Source of the DNA: Prasinococcaceae sp. CCMP 1430
Lineage: Eukaryota > Plantae > Prasinodermophyta
NCBI GenBank assembly: GCA_013416795.1
Contig: RQSC01000027.1
Location: forward strand, 186,001-250,000
Direction of reading: 5' to 3'
DNA length: 64,000 nucleotides
The translations under genes and the position numbers were made by a program. Position 1 is the first letter of the stretch. Every line of letters begins with the position of its first letter. The notes beneath the pieces were generated by a model that ran no database searches, was not told where the DNA came from, and saw only the letters and a program-made list of their open reading frames with translations. Positions 57,461 through 64,000 of this stretch are shown here, piece by piece.

Positions 57461-59482
57461 CACGAGGCGAAGAGGGCGCTGCCCACCAAGGAGGAGCGAC
57501 GAAAGGCCAAGAAGGCTCGCACCAAGGCACAAAAGAAGGCTCTGAAGCAAGGCGCCAGCGCCCCTGAGGCCGCAGCCGCCGGTGACGTCGCGCTCGCCCA
57601 GGCGCTCGGCGTGAACGTGTCGCCGCGCGGCTTCTATGATGTGTACGGCGTCGACGCTCGGGCGAGCATCGAGCTGCGGCGCGACGTCGAGGGTGGCGTG
57701 CGGCTGGATGACGTGCGCGGGCTGGTTCTGTGGGCACACGACGCGGGAGCGGCGCCCCGCTTCGCGTTCCTTCGCAACAAGCCGCTCGTCCGCCGCACGC
57801 TGCTCATCAGCGCGGGCGGCCTCGACGCCCACACATACGAGTCACGGCCGGAGCTCTTCGAAGCGACGCGACGAGCGCTCGGCGAGCCCATCGAGCTGGA
57901 TGCCAACCCGGTGCTCGACCCTGTGGGCGCCACGCGCATCCTGCTCAGCGTGCCCATGGACAAGCAGGAGAAGAAGGCGAGCGCTGCCGCGCTTGCCGCC
58001 GAGGCGCAGGCAACGGCGGCAGCTGCTCGCGCGGCCGCGCGCGCTGCGTTCGACGCGCTTGCCGAGGGACGCCCGCCTCCCGCGCCGCCGAGCACGTACG
58101 TGCTCACTCCCGAGCAGCGGTCAGCGAACTTGTACCCGTGCGACGCGCACGGGGACGCAGCGACCGACCCGGAGTACGTAACGACGCTCCCCCTCGACGC
58201 GCTCGACGGCGCGGACAGGGAGGCGGCCATCGAGCGCGCGAGGCAGCTCGCGAGTGTGCACCTGGGCGGCGGCGTGGGTAGCGACGAGGTCGGTGGACGC
58301 GGCGCGCGTGCCGCCGAGCTGGCGCCCCACGCTGTCGTGGGCGAGCTCCTCTTCGCAGTGGACTGCGAGATGGTGCGATGTGCGAGCGGGAGCGTGCTCG
58401 CCCGCGCGACGCTCGTCGACGCCGCCGGCCGTGTGCTGTTGGATGAGCTCGTTGCGCCTACCGAGGACATTTTGGACTACTGCACGCGCTGGAGTGGCAT
58501 CACGCCGCAGCTCCTCTCCGGGGTGTCCACGCGCCTCGCCGACGTGCAGCAGCGCATCCGGAGGCTGGTTCCCGCCGAGGCGCTGCTGGTTGGCCACTCG
58601 CTCGAGAACGACCTGCGAGCGCTCAAGCTGCACCACGCCAACGTGGTCGACACCGCCGTGCTGTATCAGCACCCGGGTGGCCGCAGCTTCAAGCATTCGC
58701 TCAGGCGCCTCACGGAGCACTTCCTTGGGAGGTCCATCCAGGGATCGGCCGACGGGCACGACAGCGCGGAGGACGCGCGCGCCACCCTCGAGCTCGCGCT
58801 GCTCAAGGTGGCGCGCGGCGGCGCGTTCGGCGGCGACATGGGGGGGAGGAACGACAGGGCGTCCAGGCAGCTGTGCGACGTCATCGCTGCGGGAGGCACG
58901 CGGGCGGCGCTGGTGGACAGGCCGCGCGCGCTCGATCGCCACGCGACAGGCGGCGCGCAGGCGGTGGCCGCTGTGTGCGACGACGACGTGGTCGCGCGTG
59001 CCATCGACGAGTGCAAGGGCAGCGCTGCGCACGCGATTCGCGCGCCGTCCGACGCGGAGGGCCAGTCGACGCGCGTGTCGCTCGTGTGGGCGCACCTGGC
59101 GGAGCTCGCGGCACACCAGCAGAAGCGCGTGCGCAAGGGCGAGCGCCTCGAGCGTCGGCACGTGGGCGACACGTACGTCAAGGGCGAGCTGAGTGCCGCC
59201 GAGCCCACGCGCGCGCTCCGCGAGCAGGATGAGGCGGCGCTCCGCGCGCTAGACAAACGAATCGGCGATCTGTGCGCGGCGGCGCCCCAAGGCACGCTGG
59301 TGGTCGTTACATCCGCGCACGGCGACAGCGCGTACGTTCGCCGCCTGCAGGAGGCGCGCCTCAAGCTGCGCAGGGACGTGCCCGTCGAGGACATCGACCG
59401 ATGGGACGACCGGTGGGAGCAGGAGCTCAAGCAGGCCAAGACGCGCGCTGGCAGGGGGCTGGCGTTCGCGACCTGCACGTGA
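57461..59482 (+). CDS. DEDDh RNA exonuclease, SDN5/REXO5-like; start unresolved (frame open to 57119)
   Basis: FYDVYG..A, LDDVRGLVLW..P.F.F.RNKPLV N-domain; ExoI-III motifs AVDCEMV, LLVGHSLENDLRAL, VDTAVLY, HDSAEDARA. Confidence 0.88.
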   Translation, partial: HEAKRALPTKEERRKAKKARTKAQKKALKQGASAPEAAAAGDVALAQALGVNVSPRGFYDVYGVDARASIELRRDVEGGVRLDDVRGLVLWAHDAGAAPRFAFLRNKPLVRRTLLISAGGLDAHTYESRPELFEATRRALGEPIELDANPVLDPVGATRILLSVPMDKQEKKASAAALAAEAQATAAAARAAARAAFDALAEGRPPPAPPSTYVLTPEQRSANLYPCDAHGDAATDPEYVTTLPLDALDGADREAAIERARQLASVHLGGGVGSDEVGGRGARAAELAPHAVVGELLFAVDCEMVRCASGSVLARATLVDAAGRVLLDELVAPTEDILDYCTRWSGITPQLLSGVSTRLADVQQRIRRLVPAEALLVGHSLENDLRALKLHHANVVDTAVLYQHPGGRSFKHSLRRLTEHFLGRSIQGSADGHDSAEDARATLELALLKVARGGAFGGDMGGRNDRASRQLCDVIAAGGTRAALVDRPRALDRHATGGAQAVAAVCDDDVVARAIDECKGSAAHAIRAPSDAEGQSTRVSLVWAHLAELAAHQQKRVRKGERLERRHVGDTYVKGELSAAEPTRALREQDEAALRALDKRIGDLCAAAPQGTLVVVTSAHGDSAYVRRLQEARLKLRRDVPVEDIDRWDDRWEQELKQAKTRAGRGLAFATCT

Positions 59483-59608
59483 GCCCGACCGCGGTCGGCT
59501 CCACTCCGATAATAAGAGCGTAATACGCGGCGGGACGCTGCCGGGCGTGGTGCTGAGGTACAAGGGCCGTTACGTACGCGGCACGGCGCGGCCGCGCTGC
59601 GCAATTAG

Positions 59609-60131
59609 CTAGTTGAGGGTGCCCTCGCCGCCGAACTTGGTCCACATCTCCGACAGCACGGTCACGTGCCACGGGTCAGCCTGGTGCTTGGCGAGGCACG
59701 CCAGCGGGCCCTCGCCGGTGATGGTCGTCGAGCCGTAAATGCCGGCCATGGCGACCATCGCGAGGCGGCCGTTGGCGATCTCCTTCACCTTGTACTCCTC
59801 GAACTTGGGCGACTTGGACAGCCCGAGAGGGTCGAAGAAGCCGCCGGGGTAGCCGTTCACGCCGGTGCCCGAGAAGCCCTCCGCGCCCTGAGCCAGGCCC
59901 ATCGAGCCCGGGTTCTTGAAGTCGTAGTACCTCCTGTACTCGGCGAAGCCAGTCCAGAGGAGCTGCACGGCGAAGAGCGTCTGCGGCGACGCGAACGAGA
60001 ACTCGGTCGCGCCAGCCTCGTACCACGGCGGCACGTCCCACAGGCCGTAGGAGGTGAGCGCCTCCGGGATGAGGATGCCAGCCGCGCCCAGCATGGCGAA
60101 GCGAGCGTGCACCAGCTCGGCCTGCACGTAC
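59609..60131 (-). CDS. Photosystem I light-harvesting chlorophyll a/b protein (Lhca2/4/5/6-like), last exon; 5' exon(s) not visible, probably in gap 60389-61203
   Basis: Acceptor GCAG|G TAC; YVQAELVHARFAMLG, WYEAG, FAEYRR, GYPGGFFDPLG, KEIANGRLAM, HQADPWH. Confidence 0.93.
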
Positions 60132-61535
60132 CTGCGCGACGCGAAAGGCGGGCGCGCGCGGCGCGGCAGAGCGGGGAAAATCGACGCGCGGGAGTGCGAC
60201 GGGGGGGCGGCGGACGCGCGCCGCAGCGGCGGAGGCGCACGGGGGGGGCGGCGTTTTTCCTGGCGTCAGCGACGGCGAGGCGCTCCGGCGGCAGGCGGCG
60301 GCCGGCGAGTCCCGTGCGGCGGGGGCGCACCCCTATGTGGCGCGGCAGATCCCTTCGCGCCGTGAGAGACGCTCGCCCGGGCGGGGCGNNNNNNNNNNNN
60401 NNNNNNNNNNNNNNNNNNNNNNNNNNNNNNNNNNNNNNNNNNNNNNNNNNNNNNNNNNNNNNNNNNNNNNNNNNNNNNNNNNNNNNNNNNNNNNNNNNNN
60501 NNNNNNNNNNNNNNNNNNNNNNNNNNNNNNNNNNNNNNNNNNNNNNNNNNNNNNNNNNNNNNNNNNNNNNNNNNNNNNNNNNNNNNNNNNNNNNNNNNNN
60601 NNNNNNNNNNNNNNNNNNNNNNNNNNNNNNNNNNNNNNNNNNNNNNNNNNNNNNNNNNNNNNNNNNNNNNNNNNNNNNNNNNNNNNNNNNNNNNNNNNNN
60701 NNNNNNNNNNNNNNNNNNNNNNNNNNNNNNNNNNNNNNNNNNNNNNNNNNNNNNNNNNNNNNNNNNNNNNNNNNNNNNNNNNNNNNNNNNNNNNNNNNNN
60801 NNNNNNNNNNNNNNNNNNNNNNNNNNNNNNNNNNNNNNNNNNNNNNNNNNNNNNNNNNNNNNNNNNNNNNNNNNNNNNNNNNNNNNNNNNNNNNNNNNNN
60901 NNNNNNNNNNNNNNNNNNNNNNNNNNNNNNNNNNNNNNNNNNNNNNNNNNNNNNNNNNNNNNNNNNNNNNNNNNNNNNNNNNNNNNNNNNNNNNNNNNNN
61001 NNNNNNNNNNNNNNNNNNNNNNNNNNNNNNNNNNNNNNNNNNNNNNNNNNNNNNNNNNNNNNNNNNNNNNNNNNNNNNNNNNNNNNNNNNNNNNNNNNNN
61101 NNNNNNNNNNNNNNNNNNNNNNNNNNNNNNNNNNNNNNNNNNNNNNNNNNNNNNNNNNNNNNNNNNNNNNNNNNNNNNNNNNNNNNNNNNNNNNNNNNNN
61201 NNNCGTCCGGGCGCTTGCCGGCCGCCGCATCCGCTGCCGGCCGCTCCGAATCCGCGCTGGGCGCCGTCGCGCCGCTGCGCGAAACGGCGTCGAAACGGCG
61301 CTCCGACGCGCATTTCGCAATCGAGCGCGCCGCGATCTCGGCGTCGTCCCGCTCCTTTTTTGATGTCTCCCTTCGTCGCGTCGATCCGCTCCTTCCGCGC
61401 CCGCGACGCCTCCGACCGCCGCTTCGCTCTCCCCCCTTTCGCCGTCGCGATATGCCTCGTTTGTCGCGGCCGGCGCCCCGCGCGGCCGCGAATCGCCCGT
61501 CCGCGAATCTCGGCCCGGCCGCGCCCGCTGCCGCN

Positions 61536-62206
61536 TGGCGCTCGTGGAAGGCCGGCATGCCCTTCGAGGCCACCAGCGCCTCCGACACGGCGTTCACCTG
61601 CGGCTGGAACGTCAGCTCGGCGTCGGCCGCGCGCAGCGCCTCCTCCGCCGCGCGGGAGCGCTGCGCGCCCACGCCGCCGCGCTCGCTGCCCTCGGCGGCC
61701 GGCGCGCCGCCCGCCGAGTCCTCGACCAGCGCTTCCGCGATGCGCAGCGACACCTCGTTGAGGCGGGGCTCGAAGGTGAGCTCCTCGCCTTGCTCCTGCA
61801 GCACGGCCTCGCGCGTGCGCGCGGCCGCCTCGGCGCGCTCGCGCTGCACCTCCTCCAGACGCTCGTGCAGCGGAACGCGCTGCGCGCCCGCGGCCACGCT
61901 GGCCTCCTCGGCGATGCGCGCGCTCACCGCCGAGATGGAGGGCTCGAAGGTGCACTCCTCGAGCGCGCGCAGCTCGCTGCTCGCGTGCACTTCTGCGGCG
62001 CGCTGCGCCTGGAGCGTCTGCCGATGCAGCCGCTCCCACGCGGGCTCCTCCGCGCCGCCCAAATCGCCGCCAGCGCCAACGCCAACGCCGCCCGCCCGCG
62101 CGCCCTCCCACTCGCTCTCCGCCGGCCGCCGCGTGGCGGGCGCGAACGTGCACTCCCGCATCTCGCGCTCCTCCACCTCGAGCGCGCGCCGCGCCAGCGC
62201 GCGCAT
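61536..62206 (-). CDS. Hypothetical protein with repeated E(C/L)TFxP motifs (partial)
   Basis: Four repeats: RECTFAPATRR, EECTFEPSIS, EELTFEPRLN, AELTFQPQVN, separated by helical spacers with ERLH/HERL; truncated at single-N gap 61535. Confidence 0.6.
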
Positions 62207-63328
62207 GGCGTCGTCGTGGCTGCCCGGCAAGGGCGGCGAGCAGTGGTGCCCCGGCGCGGACGTGCCCAAGCATCTCGACGGCTCCCTGCCGGGCGACTAC
62301 GGCTACGACCCGCTCAACCTCGGCTCGGACCCCGCCGCGCTCGACCAGTACCGCGAGGCCGAGCTGATGAACGGCCGCTGGGCGATGCTGGCCGTGGTGG
62401 GCCAGAACCTGCCCGAGGCGATCGGCCAGGGCTCGTACACCGAGGCGCCCATGTGGATGGTCAACGGCGACCTGCCCTCGTACGCCGTCGTCGGCTCGCT
62501 GCCGTGGCCGCAGGTGTCCGTCCCGGGCGTGCTCGGCTTCCAGGCGCTCGCCATGGGCCTGGCGGAGGGCTACCGCATGAAGGCCGACTACAACGACCGG
62601 TGAGTCTCGAGGGCGGGCGCGCACGTGCCCAGATGCGCCGCGACGAGCGCCGCGCGCGCCGCGCTCGCAACCCCCACGCGCGGCCGCGCGCCGTCCGCTC
62701 CAGCGCTGCCCGGAGTGAGCGGCGGCGGTGGGGATGGAGTTGGTGGCAGAGAAGAATCGAAGGCGGCCCTGCTGCTGCAGAGGCGAACGCGAGCGCACAC
62801 CAGCGCGCGCACGACTGCGACTGCGACTGCGACTGCGACTGCGGCGCTGCCGCGCGCGCCTGTCGCGCGCTGGCCCGCACCCAGTCGACGAGTTGCTGAC
62901 TCGCGCGTCAAACGCCTGCCCGCCCATCCACCCGCCCGATCCTGCGAGCGCCACCTCAGCATCTACCCGGGCGGCGCGTTCGACCCGCTGGGCTACGCCA
63001 AGGGTGACCTGGACGACCTCAAGGAGAAGGAGATCGTGCACGCCCGGTACGTGCTGCGCTCGCGCCTGCGATGGGTGCAAAACACGCGCGGGTGGCGGAG
63101 CGGGACGCCGCGCCGCGGCGATTGCCTGATGTACGCGCGCCTTTCCGCGCTGGCCCCGTCGCTGACCCCTTCGCTCTGTTGCCCAGCCTCGCCATGCTCG
63201 CGGTCATTGGCTCGTTCGCGGCGACGGCCGCCACCGGCATGACGCCGCTCGAGGCGCTCGGCGCGCACATCGCCGACCCCTGGCACTCGAACGTCGGCGA
63301 CGCGTACGTCATTGGCCCCACCATGTAA
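62205..63328 (+). CDS. Divergent Lhca1-like PSI antenna protein, 3 exons: ~62205-62599, 62960-63046, 63187-63328; transit peptide missing
   Basis: WCPG..P.HLDGSLPGDYGYDPL, YREAELMNGRWAM, AEGYR, spliced NDR|IYPGGAFDPLGYAKG, KEIVHAR|LAMLA, HIADPWHSNVGD; two phase-2 CG|C introns (62600-62959, 63047-63186); TGTAA at 63386. Confidence 0.92.
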
Positions 63329-63673
63329 GCGGCAGGTACTTAGCAGCAGCGCGGCAGCGTGCGCAAGACGCACGACGTGCTGTGGTGTAAAACACACACG
63401 CTGGCGTTGACGAGGACGAACCGAGCTGCGAAGCGCGCGAGGTGTTGTGTGAAGACCCCCCCCCCCCCTCCCTCCCCCTCCTTCCTCCACGAGCGCTCGC
63501 CGCGCATCTTGCAATGCTCCGACAATGGCGTCGGCGATGGGCTAGTGCCATCAGGTGCTCCTTACTCCCTCGCGAACTACTGTACACAAATATGACGGGC
63601 GCGCAACGACGTGCGATGAGTCACCTGTCGCACTCGACGGACGAGCTACCTATCAGAGAGAGGAAGCGCGCCC

Positions 63674-64000
63674 CTACGCGGCCACACGGCGGCGCGAGCT
63701 GCGGCGAGGAGCCTCTTTCGGCGCCTCTGCCGCGCGGGTGCTTCGCTTCCTTGCCGTCCGTCCGCCATCAGCGGCCGCAGCCGTGGCAGTGGCGGCGTCC
63801 TTGGACGCGGCGGCGCGCGTCGTTCGCGTGCGCTTGCCTACGGGCGCCGCCGATGCCGCCTCGTTCGAGAGGTTGCGCAGCGGCCTGCGCGTTGCAGTCT
63901 TCTTGGCCGGCGGAGGCGTGTCGTCGTCATCGCTGATGACGATCACCTCGCTTTCCGGCGGAATGAGAGACGCGGCAGGTTCGGCCTTCTCCGCAACCGG
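63674..64000 (-). CDS. 3' end of an unidentified gene entering from the right edge (disordered basic tail)
   Basis: Open frame to stop at 63674-63676 with VIVISDDDD and RRPLRNLSN linear motifs. Confidence 0.55.
   Translation of the reverse strand, partial: PVAEKAEPAASLIPPESEVIVISDDDDTPPPAKKTATRRPLRNLSNEAASAAPVGKRTRTTRAAASKDAATATAAAADGGRTARKRSTRAAEAPKEAPRRSSRRRVAA

Noticed and set aside
57461-57600. Signal peptide for the SPPP protein (LVRAFLAF..LVGSALF)
   Set aside because: The hydrophobicity is the antisense read of the Lys/Ala-rich SDN5 N-terminus (AAG/GCC codons), and it starts at TTG rather than ATG.
3781-63186. Introner-like (transposon-derived) repeated introns as in Micromonas
   Set aside because: The ~16 resolved introns share only short donor, branch and acceptor motifs; I saw no extended mutual similarity or terminal repeats by eye. 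All-vs-all alignment would be the formal test.
1-64000. Prokaryotic or viral operon or defence system, suggested by RtcB, Hsp33, PNP and RNase II
   Set aside because: Genes carry spliceosomal introns, transit peptides and eukaryote-specific neighbours; no operon structure, integrase, transposase or Cas genes.

Overview
Gene-dense, very GC-rich eukaryotic nuclear DNA from a green alga. A prasinophyte-grade, non-chlorophycean lineage is inferred from Lhca genes, plant-type PEX13 and SDN5, a canonical ATP synthase subunit d, short GT(G/A)YG..CAG introns with GCTGAC branch points, and TGTAA polyA signals. About 30 protein-coding genes, many with spliceosomal introns resolved by hand: PGM3/AGM1, aldo-keto reductase-like, RTCB, HSP33, UTP10, IMP4, a 4-TM orphan, EIPR1/TSSC1, OTU DUB, GNB1L/DSE1, RMA/RNF5, organellar RNase II, plastid RPS5, THOC5, eEF2, NIP7, PNP, auxilin-like, GH36 SIP, SNX, PEX13, TBC GAP, CIA30/NAD(P)-binding protein, ATP synthase d, organellar PheRS, aspartate kinase, dTMP kinase, TAP46, an SPPP-repeat orphan, SDN5/REXO5, two Lhca genes, an ECTFxP-repeat orphan and a partial gene at the right edge. 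No rRNA, tRNA, CRISPR array or recognisable transposon was found. The assembly is draft quality, with N gaps at 255-400, 3288-3593, 25033, 38493-38592, 42085-42743, 54124-54197, 60389-61203 and 61535. Main observations: (i) an Lhca1-like gene with swapped or lost chlorophyll ligands near a second divergent Lhca; (ii) several genes (eEF2, THOC5, TAP46, SDN5, Lhca1-like, UTP10, TBC) whose 5' ends are missing or butt directly against neighbours with no gap, most likely silent assembly loss, but overlap or trans-splicing is testable; (iii) plant-type telo-boxes and palindromic elements in intergenic DNA; (iv) a head-to-head UTP10/IMP4 pair within an RNA-metabolism-rich neighbourhood.
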